From an uncultured Rhodospirillaceae bacterium (lineage in GTDB: Bacteria; Pseudomonadota; Alphaproteobacteria; Rhodospirillales; UBA2165), in contig CAZMHI010000004.1 of NCBI GenBank assembly GCA_964566055.1, forward strand, positions 20,053 through 84,052: DNA of 64,000 nucleotides. The letters are read 5' to 3'. Made by a program: the position numbers and the translations under genes. The notes beneath the pieces are model-generated. The model was not told where the DNA came from. It was given only the letters and a program-made list of their open reading frames with translations, and searched no databases. This document shows positions 51,671 through 61,040 of this stretch, in pieces. Each line of letters starts with the position of its first letter. The stretch's first letter is position 1.

Positions 51671-52291
51671 ATGGATGCACCAAACCCTAAAATTACCAAA
51701 GAAGAAGAACCGTTTATTCCTTATGTTGAGGAAGAAAACTATCCGGAAAGCCTGCAGCCTCTGCTTGGGCCCTATATTGAGCGGATGGGATTCTTACCCA
51801 ACGCCTTGAAACTATATATGCACCGGCCGGAAATCGCCGGCACGCTTTTTGCGCTCAACAGTAACATTATGCGCGATCCATCTTCGACCCTGGATCAGCA
51901 GCTCAAACGTAAATTGGGCACGGTTGCGAGTAAGATCAACGGGTGCACCTATTGAACAAGCCATGGCTGCGGCGTGCTGCAGAACGATGGTGAAGACGGT
52001 GCCGAAGGCTGGGATTTTGACAACGAAGAACTTTCCGAGTTGTTGACCGATCCGCAGCCCAAGGACGATTTCGAAAAGGCTTGTTTTGACTATGTTGAAG
52101 CGGCTTCTTTCGACCCGGCCAATGTGCCGGACGAGGTGTTGGAAAATCTCAAAAAGCACCTCACGCCCCCGCAAGTGGTTGAACTCGCTTGTGTTGTTGG
52201 CTTCTGGAAGATGTACAATACTATCCACGACAGTTTGAAGATTCCGCTTGAGAAGCATCTTCATGCGGTTTCGGGTTTTGTTGATCTTTAG
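51671..52291 (+). CDS. AhpD-like / carboxymuconolactone decarboxylase-family protein with an in-frame UGA (predicted selenocysteine) in a C-x-x-U motif
   Basis: ORF-track pieces 51671..51955 and 51974..52291 share a frame. Read through TGA (51953-51955) the protein is ...LGTVASKINGCTY-U-TSHGCGVLQ..., 206 aa. This aligns with the LGVYVSHLNNCHYCVEHH motif of the Cys paralogue at 38527-39135. RBS AAGGAGGAA. Confidence 0.7.
51961..51990 (+). other. Candidate SECIS hairpin for the AhpD-like UGA
   Basis: Lower stem CCAU/AUGG (51961-64 / 51987-90). Upper stem CUGCGG/CUGCAG (CUGC:GCAG plus G-U and G-C pairs). Apical loop CGUG. It starts 6 nt after the UGA codon. Confidence 0.35.
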
Positions 52292-52299
52292 AACTTTCA

Positions 52300-52806
52300 A
52301 TGAAACTTAAATCTACCAACCGAGATGAATTGCTGGAAGCGGGTTCAGATGTCCGCTTCCGGCAGCTTGTCTATGATTTGTTTACGATCTCGACGCATAT
52401 GCAAAGCGTGCGCGATCATGTCGCCGAGCGCATCGGCGTTACCGGTCCGCAATACAGTATCCTGTTGGCGATCGCAGAAATGGGAAATGATGTCGGGGTC
52501 AGCGTAAAGCGCGTTGCCGAGCATCTGCATGTTAGCGGCGCCTTTGTCACCGCCGAGACCGGTAAATTGATAAAGACCGGATACTTGAATAAGCAGCAAG
52601 ACCAGGATGACCGGCGCGCTGTGCGCCTGACTTTATCAACAAAAGGTCTTACGGAGATTGAACGCGTGTTGCCCGAGCTTAGAGAGATAAATGACACTTT
52701 CTTTGGCAGCTTGAATAAACCTGAATTTGAAGATTTGTCTACTATCATTGCTGGCATGATCGGAGGCGCCGAGCGTGCAACCGAAAATACAAACTCTGAC
52801 GGGTGA
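52300..52806 (+). CDS. MarR-family transcriptional regulator
   Basis: 168 aa. wHTH region (GVTGPQYSILLAIAEMGNDVGVSVKRVAEHLHVSGAFVTAETGKLIKTGYL...DRRAVRLTLS). It starts 8 nt after the upstream stop. Confidence 0.8.
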   Translation: MKLKSTNRDELLEAGSDVRFRQLVYDLFTISTHMQSVRDHVAERIGVTGPQYSILLAIAEMGNDVGVSVKRVAEHLHVSGAFVTAETGKLIKTGYLNKQQDQDDRRAVRLTLSTKGLTEIERVLPELREINDTFFGSLNKPEFEDLSTIIAGMIGGAERATENTNSDG

Positions 52807-52872
52807 CAATCATTATTCTGCATGTTAGAAGAATTCCAAAGTTGATTTTGCTAATAATGATGGGGAAAAAAT

Positions 52873-53658
52873 ATGCTAGCTCTCGTATCGCCGGCGAAAA
52901 AAATGGACTTTGCCGACCTTGGCCGGTCGCTGTCGTATACTGAACCCGACTTTCCGAGTGATACCAGGCATTTGGTGGCCCGGGCTCGGAAACTAAAAAA
53001 ATCCGATATTCAACAGTTGATGAATCTTAGCGACGACTTGACGGATTTAAATTATCAAAGGTTCAAAGCATTTTCACGGCATCCCTCGCCAGATAACGCT
53101 AAGCAAGCTGTGATGGCTTTTGCGGGTGATACCTATCTTGGTCTCGATTCGGCAACCCTTGCCGATAAGGATTTGGATTATGCCCAGGATCATCTACGCA
53201 TTTTGTCAGGTCTGTACGGATTGTTGCGCCCTCTTGATCTGATCCAGCCTTACCGACTTGAAATGGGCCGGCGGCTAACCAACAAGCGGGGTGAAAATCT
53301 TTATGATTTTTGGGGCGACAAGCTCGCCAAGGGCATCAATAAAATTGTCAAAGATCATCAGGATTCAACAGTGATTAATTTGGCTTCCAATGAATATTTT
53401 AAAGCAGCCAACCAAAAAGCCATTAAATCACGCATTATTAGGCCGGTGTTTAAGGAGATCAAAGGCGATCGTGCGATGGTTATTGGTTTCCTGGCTAAAA
53501 AGGCGCGTGGTACGATGGCCCGCTTTATTATTCAAAACCAGGTAGAAAAATCTGAGGACTTGAAAGCCTTCGCAGAAGACCGTTTTAAATTCCAAGCCGA
53601 TCAATCAGATGATAAAAAATGGGTGTTCAGCCGTAAATTTATCCCGGTCGGCAGCTAG
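52873..53658 (+). CDS. yaaA: Peroxide stress protein YaaA (UPF0246)
   Basis: 261 aa. MLALVSPAKKMDF..., LRILSGLYGLLRPLDLIQPYRLEMG and INLASNEYFK are close to the E. coli YaaA blocks. Confidence 0.85.
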   Translation: MLALVSPAKKMDFADLGRSLSYTEPDFPSDTRHLVARARKLKKSDIQQLMNLSDDLTDLNYQRFKAFSRHPSPDNAKQAVMAFAGDTYLGLDSATLADKDLDYAQDHLRILSGLYGLLRPLDLIQPYRLEMGRRLTNKRGENLYDFWGDKLAKGINKIVKDHQDSTVINLASNEYFKAANQKAIKSRIIRPVFKEIKGDRAMVIGFLAKKARGTMARFIIQNQVEKSEDLKAFAEDRFKFQADQSDDKKWVFSRKFIPVGS

Positions 53659-53689
53659 CCGTTATACCCAGTTATAATCGTTATCGTTT

Positions 53690-54142
53690 TCAAGAATGCG
53701 AAGGTACAATTGTGTCTTTCAGACGTTTTGAAACATCGTAATTCACGTCCAATTCCAGCCATTCCTTCGCTGATTCAATATCAGTGAATACTTCACTATT
53801 GATTTCCGGGATATTTTTCATGGTTTCTATCATGCCATCAAAAAATTCAAGGAGATTCTCGTTGACTAAACAGGCCATTTTACTTTGTTTAAAAGAGCCG
53901 AAGAGAGATCGTAATCGAGAACGATAGATATCTCTCTCTCCCGGCGGTATGGTGTCTTTGTCGACATTGAATTCCGGCGGCACCTCGTCCCGGTGGTCAA
54001 AAAACATATTGAGACCTGATGTAAAATCTGCGTGCAGCAAAATCTCTTCCAATTGAGCACATAAATCTGCGCTGGAAACACGGCCAATGTGGCGAACGAA
54101 GATTACGTCGACCGTTCGGTCAATATGATAAAAATAAGGCAT
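53690..54142 (-). CDS. Hypothetical protein
   Basis: 150-aa ORF in an AT-rich stretch. I recognise no motif. Confidence 0.3.
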   Translation of the reverse strand: MPYFYHIDRTVDVIFVRHIGRVSSADLCAQLEEILLHADFTSGLNMFFDHRDEVPPEFNVDKDTIPPGERDIYRSRLRSLFGSFKQSKMACLVNENLLEFFDGMIETMKNIPEINSEVFTDIESAKEWLELDVNYDVSKRLKDTIVPSHS

Positions 54143-54253
54143 TGGAAAACAGAAATAACCTAAGTTGAAAATATGGCTACGTATATATTTATATGGTTGT
54201 TTTCTTGTTATTTTTGAAGGACTTAGGTGGCCAAACTGCCCACCAACTGCAAA

Positions 54254-54631
54254 TTATTCATATTCAAGAATTCGTTGCATTGACTCTGTATTGGCGCTAA
54301 TCGCCTCAGCGATCCAATCATCAAGAAATTTTATTGCCAGTTGAGTGATGTGAACCATTGTTTCGCTTTTCATTTCTTCAATTGTAACCCAACCCAATGT
54401 TTCCATGTTGGTCAGGCGTCTGCGAATGGTGCGGCGCGGCGCATCAAGAATATTGGACAAAGAGCTGACATTAATCCCACGATTCCCACTATCTTCATCG
54501 GCATCACGTAAAATTATCAGTATCTCAAATCCAAAATCTCCTAAATCTCCAAATATTTTTCTGCGCTGCGCTGCCTCTGCTAATTGAAGTTTTCGAAACA
54601 GCTGGAATTTCGTTTTATTTGATTTAGACAT
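54254..54631 (-). CDS. Hypothetical protein, possible winged-helix DNA-binding protein
   Basis: 125 aa. The segment VSSLSNILDAPRRTIRRRLTNMETLGWV looks like an HTH recognition region. The family call is weak. Confidence 0.3.
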   Translation of the reverse strand: MSKSNKTKFQLFRKLQLAEAAQRRKIFGDLGDFGFEILIILRDADEDSGNRGINVSSLSNILDAPRRTIRRRLTNMETLGWVTIEEMKSETMVHITQLAIKFLDDWIAEAISANTESMQRILEYE

Positions 54632-54834
54632 AATTTATTTTCATTTTTAACCCTCGGTAGCATTTAGGCCAAGACTATCTCTATGCAGGATAGTTCGAAA
54701 CCCAGTAATGTGGCCAAAACGCCCATAGAAATAGCCAAAGTTAGTTTCCATCTAAGTACGGTGGTACTCACATTTAACGGTACTTCCTTTGCAAATATTG
54801 TATATCTTGCCTGTCCAAGGCGCATCCCTTAGCG

Positions 54835-54880
54835 TTACAATAAATAGTGGTTATTATTAAATAGGTACTATTTATTGTAA
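54835..54880. promoter_or_regulatory. 14-bp perfect inverted repeat with an 18-nt spacer (candidate operator)
   Basis: TTACAATAAATAGT-(18 nt)-ACTATTTATTGTAA. It lies about 80 bp upstream of the 2-hydroxyacid dehydrogenase start in a 327-bp AT-rich intergenic region. Confidence 0.35.
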
Positions 54881-54958
54881 CTACAAATTTGCAGGCTTTT
54901 ACACCTTACCTCTGATCTATAAACTGATCGGAAAAATGGCGGTCAGGGGAGGATTATT

Positions 54959-56017
54959 TTGTCAAAGCCTAAAGTTTTTATCTATACGCCGGTGGATCAA
55001 ACCGGTGAATCACATCGTCAATTGGAGGCCGTGGGATGCGATCTCAAGCTCGGTGAAATTTCATGGAACAAGCTTGAAGGTGACTTGGATATTGTCGCCG
55101 ACGTGGCGGAAGATACTGCAGCATTGGTTGGTGTGGCGGTGCGTAAGATTCCGATCACTCGCGAGGTTATGCTGAAATCTCCAAATCTCCGCATTGTCGC
55201 GAAATATACGGTTGGCACCGATGACGTCGATGTAGAGGCGGCCACAGAGCTTGGTATTTTAGTCACTCATTGCCCGACCGAAGCCAATTGGTCCGGCGTT
55301 GCCGAAGGCGCAATGGCGTTTATGCTGGCGTTGCTAAAAAAAGTCCGGGAGCGGGACCAATATGTCAAAGATGGCAATTGGCGGGATGAAAACCTGCAGG
55401 GTACTTATCTTGGCCGCCGCCAGGATGGCTATGACGGTATCACCATCGGCATTGTCGGTTTGGGCCGCATTGGCTCACGCCTGGCAGATTTACTAGCGCC
55501 ATGGCGGGTGCGGTTGATCGCCTATGATCCATATAAAGGCGACCAGCAGTTTATTCATCACAATGTCGAACGCGTAGAATTGGATGAACTGCTGGCCACC
55601 GCCGATGTCGTTACCCTGCATACCAACCTCACCGAAGAAACCCGTGGCCTGATGGGAGCAGTTGAATTGTCTAAAATGAAAGAGACCGCTTATTTGCTTA
55701 ACACTTCAAGGGGCGCAGTGGTTGATGAAAGCGCCCTCTATGATGCTTTGGACAAGGATCAGATTGCCGGCGCTGCGATTGATGTGTTCGAAGAAGAACC
55801 TCTGCCGAAACAATCAGCTTTGCTTGGACTAGGTAATAAGATATTGCTGTCACCGCATGTTATCACTTTTAATGTTGGTGCTGGCCTCACCACCGCGATT
55901 CCCTGGGCGACAGAGCATGTGACCCAAGCATTGAAAGGTGAAGTCCCGGAACATGTCTATAATGAGGCCGTCATTGGACGCTGGGTTGAGCGTTTTGGGG
56001 GCAATAGTCTTTTATAA
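54959..56017 (+). CDS. D-isomer-specific 2-hydroxyacid dehydrogenase family protein
   Basis: 352 aa with a TTG start after GGGGAGGA. NAD motif IGIVGLGRIGSRLA and catalytic region LLNTSRGAVVDESAL...AAIDVFEEEP. Confidence 0.85.
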   Translation: MSKPKVFIYTPVDQTGESHRQLEAVGCDLKLGEISWNKLEGDLDIVADVAEDTAALVGVAVRKIPITREVMLKSPNLRIVAKYTVGTDDVDVEAATELGILVTHCPTEANWSGVAEGAMAFMLALLKKVRERDQYVKDGNWRDENLQGTYLGRRQDGYDGITIGIVGLGRIGSRLADLLAPWRVRLIAYDPYKGDQQFIHHNVERVELDELLATADVVTLHTNLTEETRGLMGAVELSKMKETAYLLNTSRGAVVDESALYDALDKDQIAGAAIDVFEEEPLPKQSALLGLGNKILLSPHVITFNVGAGLTTAIPWATEHVTQALKGEVPEHVYNEAVIGRWVERFGGNSLL

Positions 56018-56030
56018 TCTGGAGAAGTAA

Positions 56031-56837
56031 GTGCCTTCCAAAAATGTCGGCGGCGTGACCGTCAATTATCATGATGTCGGTTCTGGTCAACCCATTGTCC
56101 TGATCCATTGTTCTTCCAGTTCGCACCGCCAATGGCGGGCACTGTGGGAATTGTTGCAGGATACTCATCGAGTAATTGCAATTGATATGCTGGATTGGGG
56201 CGGTACGGATGCCTGGTCCAACCATGAAGGCTCTTTGTTCGCCGATGAAGTTGCGTTAATTCATGCTATTACTGGAGATATCGAAGAGCCGTTTCACTTG
56301 GTTGGGCATTCTTATGGTGGAGGCGTTTCTTATCACTTGGCGATGACGACACCGGACCGGGTTAAAAGTTTGACCCTGATCGAGCCCATGATTGGCTGGA
56401 TACTCGACCCTTTAGAAGATCAGATATTTTATGATGAAATCTTAGGTGTCGCAGAAAATTTTTGGCGAAAATTTGAGGCCGGCAAAGCGGAAGAAGGCAT
56501 CAATCATTATTTCGATTATTGGAACGGCGAAGGTGCCTGGGACACTTTGGATCAAGGATTGGCGGATTATGTGCTCGCCGGTGCTCAAAAAAATTATCAT
56601 GAGTTCAAAGTGATTTTTAATGGTGGTACAGATTTGCCCGCGCCCGAAGCGTTTTTAAAACCGACTTTGCTGATGGGTGGAGAGCAATCAAAAAAACCGA
56701 CGCTGAGGATCCTTGAGATATTAGAAACAAAGTTTCCCGATGCTCGGAGAAGTCTTGTTTCAGGAGCCGGTCATATGTCCCCGATCACTCATAGCGATCA
56801 GGTCAACGCCATCATCGAAGGGTTTATACGGCGCTAA
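56031..56837 (+). CDS. Alpha/beta-fold hydrolase
   Basis: 268 aa. It has an HGxxSS-like start (IVLIHCSSSS), the nucleophile elbow GHSYGG and a C-terminal GAGHMSP. Confidence 0.8.
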   Translation: MPSKNVGGVTVNYHDVGSGQPIVLIHCSSSSHRQWRALWELLQDTHRVIAIDMLDWGGTDAWSNHEGSLFADEVALIHAITGDIEEPFHLVGHSYGGGVSYHLAMTTPDRVKSLTLIEPMIGWILDPLEDQIFYDEILGVAENFWRKFEAGKAEEGINHYFDYWNGEGAWDTLDQGLADYVLAGAQKNYHEFKVIFNGGTDLPAPEAFLKPTLLMGGEQSKKPTLRILEILETKFPDARRSLVSGAGHMSPITHSDQVNAIIEGFIRR

Positions 56838-57334
56838 TCTCCACCATTTTCTTTGTGGAGCGGTGCCGAGTATTGCACATCGGTATCCCAGGGAAAGAAT
56901 ACCCAGTAATTCTGAGGTACTTCATGGACAAATGTATCGACTGATGGTCGCCCCATCTCTTTGGCGTAAACTGTGGCGATGTGGCAATCAGGTAAAAGTT
57001 CTCGAGCTGCTTTAATAGTTGTGCCGGTATCCACCAGATCATCAATCATCAGCCAGCCTTCACCTTTCTCAGCGACCGCAATTTCCGGCACTTTGATCAT
57101 GTTGACATCACCTATATGTTGCTCGTCATAGGTGGCGATACAAATGGTATCGATATTGCGGATATCCATTTCCCGGGCGATGATGGCCGCCGGGATCAAG
57201 CCGCCGCGCGTAATGGCGATAATGCCTTTCCAATCTCCAGTGCCGATGAGTTTCCTCGCGAGAAGCTTGGTATCACGGTGAACCTCTGACCAAGTCACCA
57301 CATAATCAACGACGTCGTCCCGGAGTTCATTCAT
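56834..57334 (-). CDS. gpt: Xanthine-guanine phosphoribosyltransferase
   Basis: 166 aa. VVTWSEVHRDTKLLARKL...WKGIIAITRGGLIPAAIIAREM and LMIDDLVDTGTT (PRPP motif) are collinear with E. coli Gpt. Confidence 0.85.
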   Translation of the reverse strand: MNELRDDVVDYVVTWSEVHRDTKLLARKLIGTGDWKGIIAITRGGLIPAAIIAREMDIRNIDTICIATYDEQHIGDVNMIKVPEIAVAEKGEGWLMIDDLVDTGTTIKAARELLPDCHIATVYAKEMGRPSVDTFVHEVPQNYWVFFPWDTDVQYSAPLHKENGGD

Positions 57335-57471
57335 TTGATTTTTTCGCCCCCTGATTTTCTTGTTTCATCAGATCAATTATTACACTGAAAAGAAGTTTAG
57401 CATTGGATTGTGTCATGGCAAGTCCGAGGGTATGGTCTCCTCGAGCATTACCCTGCGATATGAAATTGTGA

Positions 57472-58146
57472 GTGAAAATGTCATTTGAAGAATATTTGAA
57501 ACCGGGAAAGTTTATTGATAGCGATCATCCCGACGTTATCGAATATGCCAAAAAGCATGTTGGCAACGGCACCACCGATACCGAAAAAACTTTAAGTCTG
57601 TTTTACGCCATCCGTGATGGCATTCGCTACAACCCTTATATGGATATCATCAGTCCGACCGCCTATCGGGCCAGTGATGCGGTTAAGTCAGGCGAAGGAT
57701 GGTGCGTGCCGAAAGCCTCGCTGATGGCGGCGTGTTTGCGGATATATGGCATCCCGGCACGACCCGGCTATGCCGATGTGAAGAACCATCTGGCATCAAA
57801 GCGCCTGTTAGATCTGATGGGGACCGATACTTTTCCCTGGCATTCTTATTGCGAAGTTTATCTTGAAGGTAAATGGGTCAAAGCAACACCATCTTTCAAT
57901 CTGTCCCTTTGCGAGAAATTTGGCCTCAAGCCGTTGGATTTTGATGGCAAAAACGATTCGCTGTTCCATGAGTTTGACCAAGCCGGCAACAAGCATATGG
58001 ATTACATCAAAGATCGCGGTACCTTTGTAGACGTGCCGATGGACGAGATTGTCAAAACTTTTCAGGAACTCTATCGGCCAGAATACTTCGAAAGCGTTGG
58101 TGGCGATTTATACGCCGAAGCCGATGCTGAAAGGGCTGCAGACTAG
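57472..58146 (+). CDS. Transglutaminase-like superfamily protein
   Basis: 224 aa. The Cys-containing core GEGWCVPKASLMAACLR with downstream H and D residues is typical of the transglutaminase-like fold. The start is GTG 57472 or ATG 57478. Confidence 0.65.
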   Translation: MKMSFEEYLKPGKFIDSDHPDVIEYAKKHVGNGTTDTEKTLSLFYAIRDGIRYNPYMDIISPTAYRASDAVKSGEGWCVPKASLMAACLRIYGIPARPGYADVKNHLASKRLLDLMGTDTFPWHSYCEVYLEGKWVKATPSFNLSLCEKFGLKPLDFDGKNDSLFHEFDQAGNKHMDYIKDRGTFVDVPMDEIVKTFQELYRPEYFESVGGDLYAEADAERAAD

Positions 58147-58763
58147 TCTTTCGCTTGATCGAACATCAGCTCAATATAGTTGCGATAATGGCCCAGTTGC
58201 ACCGCCGTCATCACCGGATCGTTGAGCGTTTTTGACATGATAAAGACGCCTTCATAGACAACCAAAATCATATCGGCGAGACTTTCCGGCGTGAAATCAA
58301 ATTTTGGCGGATATTTCTCCATTATTTGTTTAAATTTGGCGCTGAGGCGCTGACGCCAAACAAGCATGACATCTTCAATGATTTTATGGGTGTCATCAGT
58401 AAAGAGCTGAGCTTCATAGCAATAGGACGCATAAAGGCAGCCAGGGAAGGGTTCAGTTAATCCTTCCATTTCCTCTTTAAGCAAACCGGTGAAAATCAGC
58501 ATCTGTTGCAGCGGGTCGCGGCTGAGTTCTTCCGCCCGCGTCATATTCAATTCAAGGTGTTCCCGGTCGACCTCGGCATAGCGTTCAACCAATGCCAAGG
58601 CCAGATCTGCCTTAGCGTCAAAGTGATAGTAAAAGGCGCCTTTGGTAATACCGGTTTTTTCGATTACGGCATCAACCGACGTCGCCGAAAAACCCTGATC
58701 CAGAATAAGCTCCTGGGCCGAATCCATGATCGACGTGCGGGTAATGTTTCCGTCTCTGGGCAT
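58143..58763 (-). CDS. TetR/AcrR-family transcriptional regulator
   Basis: 206 aa. N-terminal HTH: ILDSAQELILDQGFSATSVDAVIEKTGITKGAFYYHF. Confidence 0.85.
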   Translation of the reverse strand: MPRDGNITRTSIMDSAQELILDQGFSATSVDAVIEKTGITKGAFYYHFDAKADLALALVERYAEVDREHLELNMTRAEELSRDPLQQMLIFTGLLKEEMEGLTEPFPGCLYASYCYEAQLFTDDTHKIIEDVMLVWRQRLSAKFKQIMEKYPPKFDFTPESLADMILVVYEGVFIMSKTLNDPVMTAVQLGHYRNYIELMFDQAKD

Positions 58764-58987
58764 TTAATCGCTCCTGAAGTTCAATTAGACCATACTATAC
58801 TAAATAGTCTGTTTCAATCAATTTGCCATGAATATTTTTTTCTAAAAAATAATTATTAATTATCAAATAGTTATTCATAATTAAGTGTACCAGGTACACT
58901 TTAAGTAGATTTTACCTGTTGACTCTTAATCCGAATCAGTTTTATTTATACCGACTAGTTGGTTTAAATAAAACTTTGGAGAGTGAT

Positions 58988-60115
58988 ATGTTGGCAATTG
59001 ACGAATTTGATATGGTTAAAGCAGAAGCGTTTGAAGAAAAGATGGTGGACATCCTGAATTCGGGCGCAGTGAATTTGATGATTTCGGTTGGCCATCGGAC
59101 CGGCTTGTTCGATGTAATGGCTAAAATGAAACCCGCAACCAGTCAGGAAATTTCTGATCAAGCAAAATTAAACGAGCGCTATGTACGTGAATGGCTGGGC
59201 GCGATGACGGCGTCTGGATTTGTTGATGTCGATGCTGATGCAACAACGCACGACCACGATCACGGCCATAGCCACTACAATGAGGCAGCTTTATTCAAAC
59301 TGCCTGCCGAGCATGCGGCCTGTCTGACCCGCGAGGCTTCGCCCAACAATGTCGCCGTGTTCTCGCAATATATTGCTGTCTTAGGTGGCGTCGAGGATGA
59401 TATCGTTGAATGTTTCCATAATGGCGGCGGCGTACCTTACGAGCGCTTTGGCCGCTTTAATGAAGTGATGGCGGAAGATAGCGGCCAAACTGTATTACCC
59501 GCGTTACACGATCACATTCTGCCGCTGATTCCTGGTCTGGTAGAGAAACTAACCGAAGGTATGCGGGTGCTTGATGCCGGTTGCGGCCGGGGCCGGGCGA
59601 TAACCATGCTCGCTCAGGATTTTCCGAAAAGCACTTTTATTGGCTATGATCTGCTTCAAGACACGGTTGATTTTGGCAACGCGGAAGCCGAACGCCTTGG
59701 TCTCGACAATCTGCAATTCGTACAGAAAGATCTGACCGCGTTTGATGATGACGTTGATAAGGGTTCGTTTGATTTCATCACCACTTTTGATGCCATCCAT
59801 GATCAGGGTGATCCCGGCGGTATGCTGCGGGGAATCAGAAAAGCCCTGGCGGTAGATGGTGTATATCTGGCTCAGGATATTAACAGCTCCAGCCACGTCC
59901 ACAATAATATGGATCACCCGATTGGCCCATTGCTTTACACGATATCATGCATGCATTGCATGACGGTTTCCCTGGCTCAGGACGGTGACGGACTTGGCGC
60001 CATGTGGGGCCGCGAAAAAGCAGCTCAAATGTTTGAAGCAGCCGGTTTTGATCATGTCGAAGTTCATGAACTCGAACACGATATTCAAAACTGCTACTAT
60101 GTTGTTCGGCCTTAA
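58988..60115 (+). CDS. Class I SAM-dependent methyltransferase with an N-terminal winged-helix/dimerisation-like domain and a His-rich insert
   Basis: I prefer ATG 58988 after GGAGAG. SAM motif VLDAGCGRGRAI. The His-rich stretch THDHDHGHSHY sits at codons 87-97. Confidence 0.75.
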   Translation: MLAIDEFDMVKAEAFEEKMVDILNSGAVNLMISVGHRTGLFDVMAKMKPATSQEISDQAKLNERYVREWLGAMTASGFVDVDADATTHDHDHGHSHYNEAALFKLPAEHAACLTREASPNNVAVFSQYIAVLGGVEDDIVECFHNGGGVPYERFGRFNEVMAEDSGQTVLPALHDHILPLIPGLVEKLTEGMRVLDAGCGRGRAITMLAQDFPKSTFIGYDLLQDTVDFGNAEAERLGLDNLQFVQKDLTAFDDDVDKGSFDFITTFDAIHDQGDPGGMLRGIRKALAVDGVYLAQDINSSSHVHNNMDHPIGPLLYTISCMHCMTVSLAQDGDGLGAMWGREKAAQMFEAAGFDHVEVHELEHDIQNCYYVVRP

Positions 60116-60131
60116 GATAGCTAAAGAGGAA

Positions 60132-60938
60132 ATGATGGATACCCAATCGCGCCGAGTGGAAGACGTCGAGTTAGCTGCCTTTATCGATTTTAGTGAAGCG
60201 GCGGCCGGCTTGGAGCCCTTGGCTCTACACCATGAAATTATCGACAATGCTTTAATCATGGTAGCGGCGGGTGATCCTCATTTCCTCATTAATCGCGTGA
60301 TCGGGCTTGGTGTGTCTGCACCGGCCCAGCGCGAAACGATTACTCACTTCAAACAAGTTTTCGATGCCGCTGATATTGGACGGTATTTCGTTCATATTAC
60401 CGATGACGCCCAACCGGCAGAGTTAAATGACTGGCTGACAGCAGAGAATCTCGTGCCTCAGCGCCGCTGGATGAAATTCATTCACAAAGGCGGGCTTGCT
60501 CCAGACTCCGGCTCTGATCTCGAAGTAAAACAAATTGGCGGAGAGCATGGTCAGGCTTTCGGAGAAATTGTCGCTGCCAGCTTTGATATGGGTGAGGCGT
60601 CTATTCCAGCGCTTGCCAAACTACCTGATCGTGAGAATTGGCACATCTATATGGGCTTTGCCGATGGAGAGCCGGCCGCCACCGGTGCACTATTTGTTGA
60701 TCAAGGTGTCGGCTGGTGTGATTTTGGCGCAACGTCACCCAAGTTTCGACGGCGTGGTGGACAGCGGGCAATGCTGGCGGCGCGCATTCAGGCGGCCCGA
60801 GATCTCGGCTGTGACTTGATCGCGACTGAAACTGGTGAAGCGGTTGAGGGTGACGCCCAGCACTCCTATCACAACATTCAATGGGCCGGTTTTGAAGAGT
60901 CTTACCTCCGCGCCAATTACGCACCGGCTAGAGACTAA
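60132..60938 (+). CDS. GNAT-family N-acetyltransferase
   Basis: I prefer ATG 60132 after AAGAGGA; the ORF-track start 59985 lies inside the preceding gene. The acetyl-CoA motif region reads FRRRGGQRAMLAARIQAARDLGC. Confidence 0.65.
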   Translation: MMDTQSRRVEDVELAAFIDFSEAAAGLEPLALHHEIIDNALIMVAAGDPHFLINRVIGLGVSAPAQRETITHFKQVFDAADIGRYFVHITDDAQPAELNDWLTAENLVPQRRWMKFIHKGGLAPDSGSDLEVKQIGGEHGQAFGEIVAASFDMGEASIPALAKLPDRENWHIYMGFADGEPAATGALFVDQGVGWCDFGATSPKFRRRGGQRAMLAARIQAARDLGCDLIATETGEAVEGDAQHSYHNIQWAGFEESYLRANYAPARD

Positions 60939-61040
60939 GCACCAAAAGGTGCCCAAATTCCCTATTTTGTGATTGGTTACTCCCCCTTTGACCGGCTATA
61001 AGGTTATCCGGAACACTAACTAACCAAAGGAAATCCGGAC

